Below, in pieces: positions 21,365 through 32,454 of a DNA stretch of 64,000 bases. The first letter of the stretch is position 1. Each line of letters opens with the position of its first letter. Below the pieces are notes generated by a model, which saw nothing but the letters and a program-made list of their open reading frames with translations, had not been told where the DNA came from and did not search any database. Made by a program: the position numbers and the translations under genes. Source of the DNA: Porticoccaceae bacterium (GTDB lineage Bacteria > Pseudomonadota > Gammaproteobacteria > Pseudomonadales > Porticoccaceae); contig JABILI010000088.1 of NCBI GenBank assembly GCA_018654575.1, forward strand, positions 440-64,439, given 5' to 3'.

Positions 21365-22615
21365 ATGAGCCAACAAACCATCAAGCAATCTCTGTTTAAC
21401 AGACGCATGCTCATTTGCATTTTCACCGGCTTTGCCTCGGGGATGCCCCTATATGTTTTGATCTCACTGGTACCTGCCTGGTTGCGTACTGAGGGTGTAG
21501 GACTTAAAGAAATCGGCATGTTCGCGCTGATTGGCCTTCCCTATGTTTGGAAGTTCATTTGGTCTCCGCTATTGGATCGCTACTCACTGTCTCTATTTAC
21601 ATTTAAGCCCGGACTGCGCCGCAGTTGGATGCTCTCCACACAATTATTACTACTGATAACCATTGCTGCCCTAGGGCTTCTAGATCCTCTAACCCAACTC
21701 TGGCCCATCGCTTGGTTATGCCTGGGCATCGCATTTCTTAGCGCGACTCAAGATATTGTTTTAGATGCTTACCGGCGCCAAATATTACCTGATCAAGAGC
21801 TGGGTTTAGGTAACTCTATACATGTTAACGCCTACCGAGTCGGCGGCTTAATTCCGGGGTCGCTGTCATTAGTGCTTTCAGACTTCCTACCGTGGGAAAC
21901 TGTCTTTTTAATAACCGCCGCCTTTGTGTTGGTAGGAATAGTATTAACACTGACCATTACCGAACCACCGCGGCCCCATCAACACCCCACGACCTTGCAA
22001 GCCGCTGTAGTGGAACCCTTCCATGAGTTCTTTTCTCGACAGGGTGTACAGCAGGCTCTGCTGATTCTGGCCTTTATGCTGCTGTATAAACTTGGCGATG
22101 GCATGGCCACCGCCCTTGCAACACCGTTCTACCTTGACATGGGCTATAGCAAAACTGAAATAGGCATTGTCGCTAAGCAAGCGGCCCTATGGCCCGTCAT
22201 TATTGGTGGCATCGCAGGCGGTATATTAATGCTCAAAATCGGTATTAATCGTGCCCTGTGGCTATTTGGCTTGGTTCAAATCGTATCTATTTTGGGCTTT
22301 GCGGTGCTGGCCCGTGTCGGTGAGGGTTTGTGGTTACTGGGTTTGGTGATTGGTTTTGAATATCTAGGGGTGGGCCTTGGCACTGCAGCCTTTGTTGCCT
22401 TTATTGCCCGAACGACAAATCCCGCGTTTGCTGCGACTCAATTTGCATTATTTACTGCGGTAACAGCGGTACCTCGAACTGTGGCTAGCGCGACAACCGG
22501 AATTATTGTCGAAAGCATAGGCTGGGAGAACTTTTTCTATATGTGCACACTAATTGCTATTCCTGGCATGCTACTGCTATTCAAGGTCGCCCCCTGGAAT
22601 GCTGACAAGACCTAG
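21365..22615 (+). CDS. ampG: AmpG family muropeptide MFS transporter
   Basis: GFASGMPL, KFIWSPLLDRY, SATQDIVLDAYR and ATQFALFTA. Confidence 0.92.
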   Translation: MSQQTIKQSLFNRRMLICIFTGFASGMPLYVLISLVPAWLRTEGVGLKEIGMFALIGLPYVWKFIWSPLLDRYSLSLFTFKPGLRRSWMLSTQLLLLITIAALGLLDPLTQLWPIAWLCLGIAFLSATQDIVLDAYRRQILPDQELGLGNSIHVNAYRVGGLIPGSLSLVLSDFLPWETVFLITAAFVLVGIVLTLTITEPPRPHQHPTTLQAAVVEPFHEFFSRQGVQQALLILAFMLLYKLGDGMATALATPFYLDMGYSKTEIGIVAKQAALWPVIIGGIAGGILMLKIGINRALWLFGLVQIVSILGFAVLARVGEGLWLLGLVIGFEYLGVGLGTAAFVAFIARTTNPAFAATQFALFTAVTAVPRTVASATTGIIVESIGWENFFYMCTLIAIPGMLLLFKVAPWNADKT

Positions 22616-23157
22616 GTTGTGAGAAGTTTTCTAAAATAAGCCCAATCAAACGCTAGGCCAGGGTCGGTTTTGCGATCTGGCGCTATATCGCTGTGCCCCA
22701 CGATTCGCTCTTTGGTTAATGCAGGGTATTCAACAATCAAGCACTGCGTTATCTCAGCTAGACGTTGGTATTGCAGATCGGTGTAGGGCTCTGTATCGAT
22801 TCCTTCCAGCTCAATGCCTATACTAAAGTCGTTGCAGGCTGGACGTCCGGCAAACTCAGACACACCGGCATGCCAAGCGCGCTGATCAAAGGGTACAAAC
22901 TGCGTGACAACCCCCTCACGATCGATCAAAAGATGGGCTGATACCTTAAGATTGGCAACCTCTGCAAAGTAAGAATGGGCATTGGGGTCTAAGGTATTAG
23001 TGAACAACTCAGCAACATGGCCGCCGCCAAACTGGCCTGGTGGCAGACTGATGCTATGGATCACTAACAGGCTAATGTCAGACTCATCCGGGCGCAGGTC
23101 GGCATTGGGCGATGTTAATACCGTTGCTGCTGATAACCAGCCTTGATAAATACGCAT
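22612..23157 (-). CDS. ampD: 1,6-anhydro-N-acetylmuramyl-L-alanine amidase AmpD
   Basis: HSISLPPGQFGG, SAHLLI, AWHAG, NDFSIGIELEG and GHSDIAPDRKTDPG. Confidence 0.96.
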   Translation of the reverse strand: MRIYQGWLSAATVLTSPNADLRPDESDISLLVIHSISLPPGQFGGGHVAELFTNTLDPNAHSYFAEVANLKVSAHLLIDREGVVTQFVPFDQRAWHAGVSEFAGRPACNDFSIGIELEGIDTEPYTDLQYQRLAEITQCLIVEYPALTKERIVGHSDIAPDRKTDPGLAFDWAYFRKLLTT

Positions 23158-23276
23158 GGGGACTCTCTTTCACTGTGTCGCGCTAAGGTAGAGTTATTGA
23201 AACAGATCACTGGGTTAAAGCCAAACACCGAATTAATGCTACAATTCTCGCCTAGCAAAAATGGAGTTAGATCACG

Positions 23277-24122
23277 TTGAACACCCTACTTCCGGACACC
23301 CCAGCCGATATACCCGACTGTGTTGCCCGCGCATTACAAGAAGATATTGGCAGCGGTGATATTACCGCCATGCTTATTCCGGAGCAGCAGCAAGCCAAGG
23401 GTGAGGTATTATGTCGCCAGCATGCGGTGATCTGTGGCACAGCATGGGTTGACGAAGTATTTAAACAACTAGATCCTAAAACAACCATTCATTGGTTTGT
23501 CCAAGACGGTGAGCAGGTCACGCCGGACCAACTATTATTTACACTTAGTGGCAATGCCCGCATATTGCTAACGGGTGAGCGCACCGCGTTAAACTTTTTA
23601 CAGCTGCTCTCTGGTACCGCCACCCTCGCACGACAATATGCGGCGTTAACTGCAGGTAGCGAGGTCAAGATTTTGGATACTCGCAAGACTATACCTGGCC
23701 TGCGCTTAGCGCAAAAATATGCCGTGGGCGTGGGCGGTTGTGACAACCATCGCATTGGTTTGTACGATGCTTTTTTAATCAAAGAGAATCACATTTCTGC
23801 CTGCGGCGGTATTGCCCTAGCGGTGGCAAAAGCACGAGAAATAGCTCCAGAAAAACTGGTGGAAGTGGAAGTGGAAAACAGTGATGAACTCAACCAAGCA
23901 CTAGATGCCCGGGCTGACGTGGTGATGCTGGACAACTTCTCGCCTAGTGACATTGAAAACCTAAAACACCTAAACTTTGGCGAAACCAAAATTGAGGTGT
24001 CCGGTAATATTACTAATGAAACCGTGCAGCAGTATATTAGCTCTGCGGTAAACTACATTTCATCCGGTAGTCTAACCAAGCATGTGCAAGCGGTAGATTT
24101 ATCTATGCGGTTCACTAAATAG
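23277..24122 (+). CDS. nadC: Nicotinate-nucleotide pyrophosphorylase (carboxylating)
   Basis: [36 protein letters not shown] and MLDNF. Confidence 0.97.
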   Translation: MNTLLPDTPADIPDCVARALQEDIGSGDITAMLIPEQQQAKGEVLCRQHAVICGTAWVDEVFKQLDPKTTIHWFVQDGEQVTPDQLLFTLSGNARILLTGERTALNFLQLLSGTATLARQYAALTAGSEVKILDTRKTIPGLRLAQKYAVGVGGCDNHRIGLYDAFLIKENHISACGGIALAVAKAREIAPEKLVEVEVENSDELNQALDARADVVMLDNFSPSDIENLKHLNFGETKIEVSGNITNETVQQYISSAVNYISSGSLTKHVQAVDLSMRFTK

Positions 24123-24171
24123 CCGCCTGATTTGGCTATCAGCTAGCTGAACTATACGAGAACATTTGTTT

Positions 24172-25044
24172 ATGTCTACATTTCTGTCCGCCGAATTATA
24201 TTCCGGAGCGCTCGCCGCTGTTGGTTTTTGTTTTGGCTTATTGATTGGCAGTTTTTTAAACGTTGTGATTTTAAGATTTCCGCAACAACTCTACCGTCGC
24301 TGGTCTGTTGAATCACAGGATATCTTAGGTATCGAAAACAAAGCTACTGAAGAGTCCGCTGTTACCTTGGCATGGCCTGCCTCTCGGTGCCCAAAATGCG
24401 GCACTAGAGTGCGTCCTTGGCATAATATTCCTGTGCTCAGCTATTTGTTCTTAAAGGGCCGCTGCGCATCTTGCTCGGCCTCTATTTCTGCTCAATATCC
24501 GCTTGTCGAACTGCTTACCGCAACGATTATTGCTCTCTTGGCCTATTTTTACGGTGCCACGGCAACCACGTTTTATAGTGTTATTTTAGCTTGTTGCTTA
24601 ATTGCACTTGCTGGCATTGATCTCAAGGAAAGGCTTCTGCCTGACCAAATTACGCTCCCGCTTTTATGGCTAGGACTGTTTGCTAATATCAACGGGGTCT
24701 TTGCACCTTTACCTGATGCCGTTCTAGGGGCTATTGCCGGTTACCTGTCTCTGTGGGGTATCTATTGGTTATTTAAGCTCATCACCGGAAAAGAGGGTAT
24801 GGGTTATGGCGATTTTAAGTTGTTAGCCGCACTAGGCGCTTGGCTCGGTTGGGAGCTTCTGCCCCTAGTAATAGTGCTATCGAGTGCCGCCGGCGCTATC
24901 GTTGGGGTACTAATGATTATCATCGGCGGTAAAGATCGTAACTTACAAATTCCGTTTGGCCCTTTTCTTTCCACTGCAGGTTGGATTGCTCTAATCTGGG
25001 GTGATAACATGATCACTTGGTATCTGTCGGCGTTTACTTTCTAG
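24172..25044 (+). CDS. pilD: Prepilin peptidase/N-methyltransferase
   Basis: GSFLNVVILRFP, two CxxC pairs, ID..LLPD and GMGYGDFKL. Alternative TTG start at 24166. Confidence 0.95.
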   Translation: MSTFLSAELYSGALAAVGFCFGLLIGSFLNVVILRFPQQLYRRWSVESQDILGIENKATEESAVTLAWPASRCPKCGTRVRPWHNIPVLSYLFLKGRCASCSASISAQYPLVELLTATIIALLAYFYGATATTFYSVILACCLIALAGIDLKERLLPDQITLPLLWLGLFANINGVFAPLPDAVLGAIAGYLSLWGIYWLFKLITGKEGMGYGDFKLLAALGAWLGWELLPLVIVLSSAAGAIVGVLMIIIGGKDRNLQIPFGPFLSTAGWIALIWGDNMITWYLSAFTF

Positions 25045-25086
25045 ACCACACCGACTGAACATGAATCAGTTATTTAGGCGCTTGCT

Positions 25087-25707
25087 TTGAAAAAAAATCC
25101 TTTTATAGTCGGCCTCACCGGTGGCATTGGCTGCGGCAAGAGTACTGTGGCCGCTGCATTTAGATCACTGGGTATTGAGTCGGTCGACGCAGATTATGCC
25201 TCTAGAGCTGTTGTTCAGCCAGGAATGCCTGTCCTGACAGATATTAGCGCTCAATTTGGGCAAGGCATTGTTTTGTCCGACGGGCAATTAGATAGGGCTA
25301 AGCTACGGGAAATTATTTTTACAGACGTTAGCCAAAAAATCTGGTTAGAGACGCTATTACACCCACTAATACGTGGCTGGATTATCGAGCAACTACATTT
25401 GGCTACGAGCCCATATGTGCTTTTGGAATCACCACTGCTTTTTGAAGCTAACCAAGACCAGTTGGTCGATACAGTATTGTTGGTAGATCTGCCTGAGCCA
25501 TTGCAGTTGCAACGGGCGGCGCTGAGAGATGATAATGATCCGGCTCAGATTCAACGTATTGTCGATAGCCAGATGTCTCGAGAGGATAAATTAGCTCGGG
25601 CAGATTGGGTGATTGACAACACTCTTAACCCAAACACAATAGCTGATAGAGTTGATCTTTTACACTCAACATTTTTAGCATTGGCCAATACATCAAAAGA
25701 GAATTAA
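25087..25707 (+). CDS. coaE: Dephospho-CoA kinase
   Basis: [28 protein letters not shown] and PLLFE. Confidence 0.96.
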   Translation: MKKNPFIVGLTGGIGCGKSTVAAAFRSLGIESVDADYASRAVVQPGMPVLTDISAQFGQGIVLSDGQLDRAKLREIIFTDVSQKIWLETLLHPLIRGWIIEQLHLATSPYVLLESPLLFEANQDQLVDTVLLVDLPEPLQLQRAALRDDNDPAQIQRIVDSQMSREDKLARADWVIDNTLNPNTIADRVDLLHSTFLALANTSKEN

Positions 25708-25712
25708 CCGCC

Positions 25713-25910
25713 GTGACTGAACCTACCATTGTTAAATGTCCCACCTGTAAAACAGGCGTTGCATGGGCTAAAACGCAAAAATATCGCCCGTTTTGTTCTC
25801 ATCGCTGTCAACAAATTGATTTTGGTGACTGGGCGACTGAGAGTTACAGTATTCCTGTTGATCCAATATTTGAAGACGGCCAGCTTAGTGAGGACGATCT
25901 AGGCTCTTAA
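25713..25910 (+). CDS. yacG: DNA gyrase inhibitor YacG
   Basis: CPTC...[18 protein letters not shown]. Confidence 0.95.
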   Translation: MTEPTIVKCPTCKTGVAWAKTQKYRPFCSHRCQQIDFGDWATESYSIPVDPIFEDGQLSEDDLGS

Positions 25911-25927
25911 TGGGTTATTAAGTCAGC

Positions 25928-26332
25928 CTAATTTTGAGGGGAAAGCTGTCCTAATATCGCCTGATTGGCCTCGGGAAATTCAAAATTAGGCAGGTCTTGT
26001 AAGCTCACCCAACGGATCTCCTGCCCTTCAACACCCACAGGTAGGCCATTAAATTCTGTTACTGTCCAAATATCTAGAGAGACTTTTTTATCGGGATAAT
26101 CATGGGTTATTTGCATTAGAGGCGATGCTTTTGTCACAACCATATTGAGCTCTTCTTTAAGCTCGCGCAGCAGAGCCGCATGAGGTGTTTCATCACCGTC
26201 GATTTTGCCACCGGGAAATTCCCATAGACCGCCTTGATGCAGATGGTCTGCACGCCGAGAAATAAGGATATGCTGGGGAAAACCATGGTGCTCTCCAACA
26301 ATCACGGCTGCAACCACTTTTACACGCGTCAT
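25928..26332 (-). CDS. mutT: 8-oxo-dGTP diphosphatase MutT (Nudix)
   Basis: HQGGLWEFPGGKIDGDE...RELKEE Nudix box and FPEAN. Confidence 0.93.
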   Translation of the reverse strand: MTRVKVVAAVIVGEHHGFPQHILISRRADHLHQGGLWEFPGGKIDGDETPHAALLRELKEELNMVVTKASPLMQITHDYPDKKVSLDIWTVTEFNGLPVGVEGQEIRWVSLQDLPNFEFPEANQAILGQLSPQN

Positions 26333-26347
26333 GCTATTTGTGGGTCC

Positions 26348-27553
26348 TTAGGTTCGGTACTCGGCATTGATACGCACATATTCCTGAGTAAGATCGCTAG
26401 TCCAGACCGTCTCTTTGTGGTCGCCACGGCTTAGGCTAACACGTATTTCAATATCTTCAGGCTGCATGGCCGCCTGCCCCGCCTCTTCGCTGTAGGTGTC
26501 AGCGCGACTGCCATGCTCGGCGATTAAGACATCATTGAGGAAAATTTGTACTAGGTTAACGTCGAGGTCGACAATGTTAGACCGACCAACAGCGGCTAGA
26601 ATACGGCCCCAGTTTGGATCAGAAGCAGACAACGCAGTTTTGACCAAAGGAGACTCTGAAATGGTATAAGCAGCATTTAGGGCTTCAGCTTTATTTAATG
26701 CCCCTTCAACCACCACTGAGACAAATTTGCTGGCGCCTTCACCATCACGAATAATGGCTTGCGCCAGATCAATGAACACTTGGCACAGTTGGTCCACAAA
26801 GGCATCGAAAGAGACTTCGTCAATAATTACATTGCTAGCACCAGTGGCCACTAGAACCACTGAATCATTAGTTGATGTATCACTATCAACCGTTATTCGA
26901 TTAAATGATGCTTCAGTTGCTATGGTTAGGGCACGGTGCAATAACTCATTATCGATCAAGGCATCGGTCGCCACATAGGCTAGCATCGTCGCCATATTAG
27001 GCTTGATCATGCCAGAGCCTTTAGAAATACCGGTTATGGTCACCTGATGATCATCACCATATTGCCGACTGCTGCCCTTAGGGCGCGTATCGGTGGTTAA
27101 AATACCCTTTGCTGCCTCTTCCCATCCTTGTTCAGAGAGGTTTTCAACGGCGTTGGGTATTCCTGCCATAAGCTTGTCCATGGGCAGAAATTCACCGATC
27201 ACTCCGGTGGAGAAGGGCAATATGGCGTTGATATCAACTCCTCGCGATGAGGCCAGCGCGCTACAGCTATGGGTTGCATCTAATAACCCTTGCTCTCCTG
27301 TGCCGGCATTGGCATTGCCAGTGTTAATTAACAAATAACGGGGGGGACACCGAACCAGATGTTCTTTGCAAACAGTTACTGGTGCGGCACAAAATGCATT
27401 TTTAGTGAACAGAGCGGCAACAGAACTACCTTCAGCGATTTCCATAACTACTAAGTCGCTTCGGCCCGGGGTTTTTATACCAGCACTGGTTGTGCCTAGT
27501 TTGAACCCAGTGACTGGATACATCATCGGAAATACTGCGTCGCCAGTGGCCAT
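26348..27553 (-). CDS. argJ: Glutamate N-acetyltransferase/amino-acid acetyltransferase ArgJ
   Basis: NTGNANAGTG, ILTTDT, KGSGMIKPNMATML, DSDTSTND and INAEYRT. Confidence 0.97.
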   Translation of the reverse strand: MATGDAVFPMMYPVTGFKLGTTSAGIKTPGRSDLVVMEIAEGSSVAALFTKNAFCAAPVTVCKEHLVRCPPRYLLINTGNANAGTGEQGLLDATHSCSALASSRGVDINAILPFSTGVIGEFLPMDKLMAGIPNAVENLSEQGWEEAAKGILTTDTRPKGSSRQYGDDHQVTITGISKGSGMIKPNMATMLAYVATDALIDNELLHRALTIATEASFNRITVDSDTSTNDSVVLVATGASNVIIDEVSFDAFVDQLCQVFIDLAQAIIRDGEGASKFVSVVVEGALNKAEALNAAYTISESPLVKTALSASDPNWGRILAAVGRSNIVDLDVNLVQIFLNDVLIAEHGSRADTYSEEAGQAAMQPEDIEIRVSLSRGDHKETVWTSDLTQEYVRINAEYRT

Positions 27554-27577
27554 AGAAATTACCTTTGTTTGCTCAGT

Positions 27578-30382
27578 CTATATTTTACCATGACATTGCT
27601 TGTACTTTTTACCTGAACCACAATGACACGGATCATTACGGCCGACTTTGGGCCCATCACGTAGGATCGGCTGCCGTGCTTTTGCTGCTTCAGCATCACC
27701 TGCTTGCTCTGCTAATGCTGACGTCTGAGCATGCTGATACTCACGGTTCTGCTGCTCTTTGCGCCTTTGCTGCTCAAGGCGATCCATATCGTCCTGCGAG
27801 GCAACCTCGATATGACAGAGATATCGGATGGTGTCATATTTTATACTCTCAAGTAATCGACCGAACAGGTCAAACGACTCTCGTTTGTATTCCTGTTTTG
27901 GGTTCTTTTGAGCGTAGGCTCGTAGGCCAATACCTTGGCGTAGCTGATCCATACTGGCGAGATGATCTTTCCAAAGATTGTCCAACACTTGCAACATAAT
28001 CTGCCGTTCGACTTCGCGCATCTGGTCACCTACGTGCGCATAACGTGCCACATAAGCCTCTTGGAGTTGACTCAAAACCTTGCTGCGCAACTCTGTTTCG
28101 TCAAGCCGACTATCCTCATCGAGCCATTGTTGAATCGGTAACTGGATACCAAACTCAGTCGCCAGCACTTTCTCAAGACCAGGGACATCCCACTGTTCTT
28201 CAAGACTCATGGGTGGTACATAATTACTAATACACTGGTCTGTCACATCTACGCGAACGTTGGTAATTATGTCAGAGATGTCATCGTCTTCGAGCAGATC
28301 GTTACGCTGCTGATAGATAACTTGGCGTTGGTCGTTTGCTACATCGTCAAACTCAAGCAAATGCTTACGAATGTCGAAGTTTCGCCCCTCAACTTTGCGC
28401 TGCGCCTTGATAATAGCATTGGTTACCATGCGATGCTCGATCGCCTCTCCACGCTCCATACCCATGCGGCGCATCATATTTCTGACTGTGTCGGACGCAA
28501 ATAATCGCATTAAAGGATCTTCGAGAGATAGATAAAAACGTGATACGCCCGGATCTCCTTGTCGACCCGAACGACCCCGCAATTGATTATCGATGCGACG
28601 GGACTCATGACGCTCGGTAGCAACAATATGCAAACCACCCGCCTCAATCACCGTGGCATGACGCTCCTTCCAGTCGGCCTTGGTCGCGGCAATTTTATCC
28701 TCGTTACACCCTTTAGTTTCACGAAGTTGCTTTAATTCAGCTTCAAGATTACCGCCTAAGACGATATCTGTTCCACGACCCGCCATATTGGTGGCAATAG
28801 TGACTGCACCAGGGCGGCCAGCATTAATAATAATATTGGCTTCTAGTTCGTGCTGCTTCGCATTAAGTACGCTGTGCTTGATCTTGGCTTTTTTGAGGAA
28901 GCCAGACAATAGTTCAGAGGCCTCTACTGAGGCTGTTCCAACGAGTACGGGGGCACCTTTTGCTACAATCTCTTTAACATCCTCAATGACTGCTTCATGT
29001 TTTTCGTCTTGGCTAAGGAACACAAGATCATTGAGATCATCTCGCATCACCTCGACATTGGTTGGAATGACCATAACTCGCAAACCGTAAATTTGGTCAA
29101 ATTCATAGGCTTCGGTGTCTGCAGTCCCCGTCATACCCGATAACTTTTGGTATAGCCGAAAGTAGTTTTGGAACGTCGTAGAGGCAAGAGTTTGGCTCTC
29201 TTGCTGAATGACGAGGTTCTCTTTAGCTTCGATCGCTTGGTGTAGTCCCTCTGACAGACGTCTGCCAGCCATGGTACGACCCGTATGTTCGTCAATTAAC
29301 ACTGCTTGGCCATCCTGAACAATATATTCTACGTCTCGGCTAAATAAGTGCTTGGCACGCAAAGCTGAATTTACATGATGTAACAAACCAAGATTAGTGG
29401 CTTGATAAAGGCTCTGATCTTGCTCTAACAGACCTTCTTTAATTAAAATTTCTTCAATCTTCTGGTGCCCATCTTCAGTGAGCTCAACACCACGGGTCTT
29501 TTCATCAATTACAAAGTCTCCGATCACCCTGGCATCTTCATCGACAGGCGCTGATTCTGCCATTATGTCGTCTTCTGCTACCGCGGTGAGCTGAGAGGTC
29601 AGTGAATTCATGGTCTTGTATAGCTCAGAACTATCTTGGGCAGCGCCAGATATCACTAAAGGTGTTCGTGCTTCATCAATAAGAATTGAGTCGACTTCAT
29701 CGATAATAGCAAAGGAAAGGCCACGCTGAGATTTATCATCCAACCTTAACGCCATATTGTCACGAAGGTAATCAAAGCCGAATTCGTTGTTAGTACCGTA
29801 GGTAATGTCAGCAGCATAGGATTGCCGACGTTCACTAGGCTGAAGCTCTCCGACATCATTATCTTCACCGAGATAAAAAGAGTTAGCTGCGTCAGGGCCC
29901 TGATATGATTGAATAACGCCAAGCGACATGCCCAATCCTTGATAAAGCGGTGCCATCCATTGAGCATCACGACGGGCAAGGTAATCATTGACTGTAATGA
30001 CATGGACGCCTTTGCCTGACAAGGCATTAAGGTAAGCAACTAAGGTCGCCACGAGGGTCTTACCCTCACCGGTGCGCATCTCAGCAATCTTTCCTTGATG
30101 CAGTGTGATACCCCCGATCATTTGCACATCAAAGTGACGCATGCCCATAACACGAGTGGCTGTCTCACGGACAACAGCAAAAGCATCAGGCAATAGCTCG
30201 TCGAGAGTTTCACCACCGGCAAGTCTATCTCGCAATACCGTTGTCTGAGCCCTTAAATCGGCATCATTTAAGGTTTTCAGATGATCTTCTAAAGCATTGA
30301 TTTTCGATACGACTTTACGCATTTGGCGTAAATCTCTATCGTTACTCGTACCAAATACCTTTTTTATTAACTTACCGAACAT
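27578..30382 (-). CDS. secA: Protein translocase subunit SecA
   Basis: [50 protein letters not shown] and C-terminal SEC-C zinc motif. Confidence 0.99.
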   Translation of the reverse strand: MFGKLIKKVFGTSNDRDLRQMRKVVSKINALEDHLKTLNDADLRAQTTVLRDRLAGGETLDELLPDAFAVVRETATRVMGMRHFDVQMIGGITLHQGKIAEMRTGEGKTLVATLVAYLNALSGKGVHVITVNDYLARRDAQWMAPLYQGLGMSLGVIQSYQGPDAANSFYLGEDNDVGELQPSERRQSYAADITYGTNNEFGFDYLRDNMALRLDDKSQRGLSFAIIDEVDSILIDEARTPLVISGAAQDSSELYKTMNSLTSQLTAVAEDDIMAESAPVDEDARVIGDFVIDEKTRGVELTEDGHQKIEEILIKEGLLEQDQSLYQATNLGLLHHVNSALRAKHLFSRDVEYIVQDGQAVLIDEHTGRTMAGRRLSEGLHQAIEAKENLVIQQESQTLASTTFQNYFRLYQKLSGMTGTADTEAYEFDQIYGLRVMVIPTNVEVMRDDLNDLVFLSQDEKHEAVIEDVKEIVAKGAPVLVGTASVEASELLSGFLKKAKIKHSVLNAKQHELEANIIINAGRPGAVTIATNMAGRGTDIVLGGNLEAELKQLRETKGCNEDKIAATKADWKERHATVIEAGGLHIVATERHESRRIDNQLRGRSGRQGDPGVSRFYLSLEDPLMRLFASDTVRNMMRRMGMERGEAIEHRMVTNAIIKAQRKVEGRNFDIRKHLLEFDDVANDQRQVIYQQRNDLLEDDDISDIITNVRVDVTDQCISNYVPPMSLEEQWDVPGLEKVLATEFGIQLPIQQWLDEDSRLDETELRSKVLSQLQEAYVARYAHVGDQMREVERQIMLQVLDNLWKDHLASMDQLRQGIGLRAYAQKNPKQEYKRESFDLFGRLLESIKYDTIRYLCHIEVASQDDMDRLEQQRRKEQQNREYQHAQTSALAEQAGDAEAAKARQPILRDGPKVGRNDPCHCGSGKKYKQCHGKI

Positions 30383-30462
30383 ACCGTTTATTCCATTAAT
30401 TAATAGCGTAAAAACACAAAGATTAAGTTATCTTCATCGTAATGAGGGATGTATAAGAGGGA

Positions 30463-31404
30463 TTAGCGGTAGGTGCGATGAATATAGGATGCCGGATCGA
30501 CAGTGCGACCATTTTTGAATACTTCAAAATGGACGTGAGGGCCAGTTGACCTGCCAGAACTACCCATTTGAGCAACCACGTCGCCCTTTTGAACAATGGC
30601 ACCTAAATTAGCAATATTTTCCTGATTATGAGCATACCGTGTGATGTAGCCATCACTGTGGCTGATTTCTACCATTTTGCCATAACCATTGCGATCGCCC
30701 GACCAGGTAACGATTCCGGAAGCGACGGCAATGACGTCATCACCATCTCTGCCAGCGAAGTCGATGCCCGCATGCCACTGCTGCTTGCCATGAAACGGAT
30801 CAATTCGCATACCATATTCAGAGGACAACCAGCCTTTCTTAACCGGCCGGCCAGCAACCATTCTTTCGCTTTTTAGTTTCTTATCTGACAATATCGACTG
30901 CAATATCTGCAACTGTGATTCTCTGCTACTGATTGAGTCATCAAGCTTGGCAAACATCGTTGATACTTTTTCTTCAATTTCTGCGTGATTAGCGATCTCG
31001 ATTAGGGGAGTTTGGATTGGGCCACCCAAGCCAGGCGTGGAAGAAAAGTCAAATTCACCATCTTCAAGGCTAGCAATTTGGGTTAATTGTTCGCCCAGAG
31101 CGTCAAGTCGGACCAAACGTGAACGCATTTTGGCCAATTTGAGCGTCATTCCTGAGAGAGAACTATCTAACTGTTGACGACCCGCATCTACCTCTTCGCG
31201 CTGCAATTCGATCTGGTTTTGCATTTGCACGATGCTATTGTCAAACAATAGCTCCCAGCGCCCATCAGCGATTTTAATGCCGAGCATAGTGCCAGCAGTC
31301 ACAGGAATTCCAAGCAACAGCACAGACAAAGCACATTTAGCCCAACTATTGAGGCTAAGGGTTCTGACCTTATCTATTTTGTTACTTATTAGGATAATCT
31401 TCAT
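30463..31404 (-). CDS. M23 family metallopeptidase (coiled coil plus LytM domain)
   Basis: HAGIDF, YAHN and STGPHVHFEV. Confidence 0.93.
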   Translation of the reverse strand: MKIILISNKIDKVRTLSLNSWAKCALSVLLLGIPVTAGTMLGIKIADGRWELLFDNSIVQMQNQIELQREEVDAGRQQLDSSLSGMTLKLAKMRSRLVRLDALGEQLTQIASLEDGEFDFSSTPGLGGPIQTPLIEIANHAEIEEKVSTMFAKLDDSISSRESQLQILQSILSDKKLKSERMVAGRPVKKGWLSSEYGMRIDPFHGKQQWHAGIDFAGRDGDDVIAVASGIVTWSGDRNGYGKMVEISHSDGYITRYAHNQENIANLGAIVQKGDVVAQMGSSGRSTGPHVHFEVFKNGRTVDPASYIHRTYR

Positions 31405-31449
31405 TGAAGAATGATACCTGTACCTTTAAATGTTTGAATTAAACCATAC

Positions 31450-32355
31450 TCAAGTGGGATGACTGTATGAAATGGGAACTTCTTCGGGATTATTAACAAA
31501 GGTTACCACTTCCCACGCATCTTTATCAGCCATCAATGCTCTTAACGAGACATTGTTTAAGCTGTGGCCAGACTTATGCGCATCATACTCACCAATAAGG
31601 CTTTTCCCTAGAACATAAAGATCGCCAATGGCATCAAGAATCTTATGTTTCACAAATTCATCTTTGTAGCGAAGACCACCATTATTTACAATTTCATCGT
31701 CGTCTACCAAGATCGCGTTATTTAAACTCCCTCCACGCGCTAGGCCTATGGATCGGAGATATTCAACCTCATGCATAAATCCAAATGTTCGAGCTCTACT
31801 AACTTCCTTAACAAAGCTCGTACTTGAAAAATCTATACTCGCGTTCAAGGTTTGCTCTTTCAAGACAGGATGATCAAAATCGATAGAAAAGCTTATTTTA
31901 AAACCGTTGAAAGGTTTTAGCGTGGCGACCTTATCGTCTAACTGCACCGTAATCGGTTTTTTGATAAGGATAAATTGTTTTGCCGCGTCTTGCTCAATAA
32001 TGCCCGCAGACTGCACTAAAAATACAAAGGGACTGGCACTGCCATCCATAATAGGAATCTCTGGAGCAGAAACATCCACCAATAGATTGTCTATACCCAG
32101 TCCTGCCAAAGCCGACATTAAATGTTCAATGGTCGATACACGGACATCACCACTCACTAGGGTTGTCGATAGTGCTGTATCACCCACATTTTCAGGACTT
32201 ACAGCTATGCTCACCATTGGCTCGAGATCAGTGCGTCTAAAAACAATGCCTGAATCTGGTTCCGCTGGATGTAAGGTTAAATATACCTTCTCACCAGTAT
32301 GGAGCCCCACACCGGTTGCGCTGATGGTATTTTTAATTGAGCGTTGTTTGATCAT
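31450..32355 (-). CDS. lpxC: UDP-3-O-acyl-N-acetylglucosamine deacetylase
   Basis: [31 protein letters not shown] and [10 protein letters not shown]. Start trimmed to ATG 32355. Confidence 0.97.
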   Translation of the reverse strand: MIKQRSIKNTISATGVGLHTGEKVYLTLHPAEPDSGIVFRRTDLEPMVSIAVSPENVGDTALSTTLVSGDVRVSTIEHLMSALAGLGIDNLLVDVSAPEIPIMDGSASPFVFLVQSAGIIEQDAAKQFILIKKPITVQLDDKVATLKPFNGFKISFSIDFDHPVLKEQTLNASIDFSSTSFVKEVSRARTFGFMHEVEYLRSIGLARGGSLNNAILVDDDEIVNNGGLRYKDEFVKHKILDAIGDLYVLGKSLIGEYDAHKSGHSLNNVSLRALMADKDAWEVVTFVNNPEEVPISYSHPT

Positions 32356-32454
32356 GTCTGTTCCAAATAACCGATCGGCAATGGTACCAGACAAGCCCCT
32401 CATCACCAAGATTTTTGAAATCTGAGGCGTGGTGCTAAGGGGCCTTTGGGCAGG

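Noticed and set aside
25928-26332. MutT lacking the thiamine-phosphate-synthase-like fusion seen in Pseudomonas
   Set aside because: Stand-alone MutT after secA/argJ is the common E. coli-like form.
27565-27999. 144-aa plus-strand ORF antisense to the secA 3' end, and many similar 60-170 aa antisense ORFs across groEL, the dcw genes, purL and the TonB receptor
   Set aside because: They are fully nested opposite well-supported genes and lack recognisable motifs or RBS. Such ORFs are expected from codon bias.
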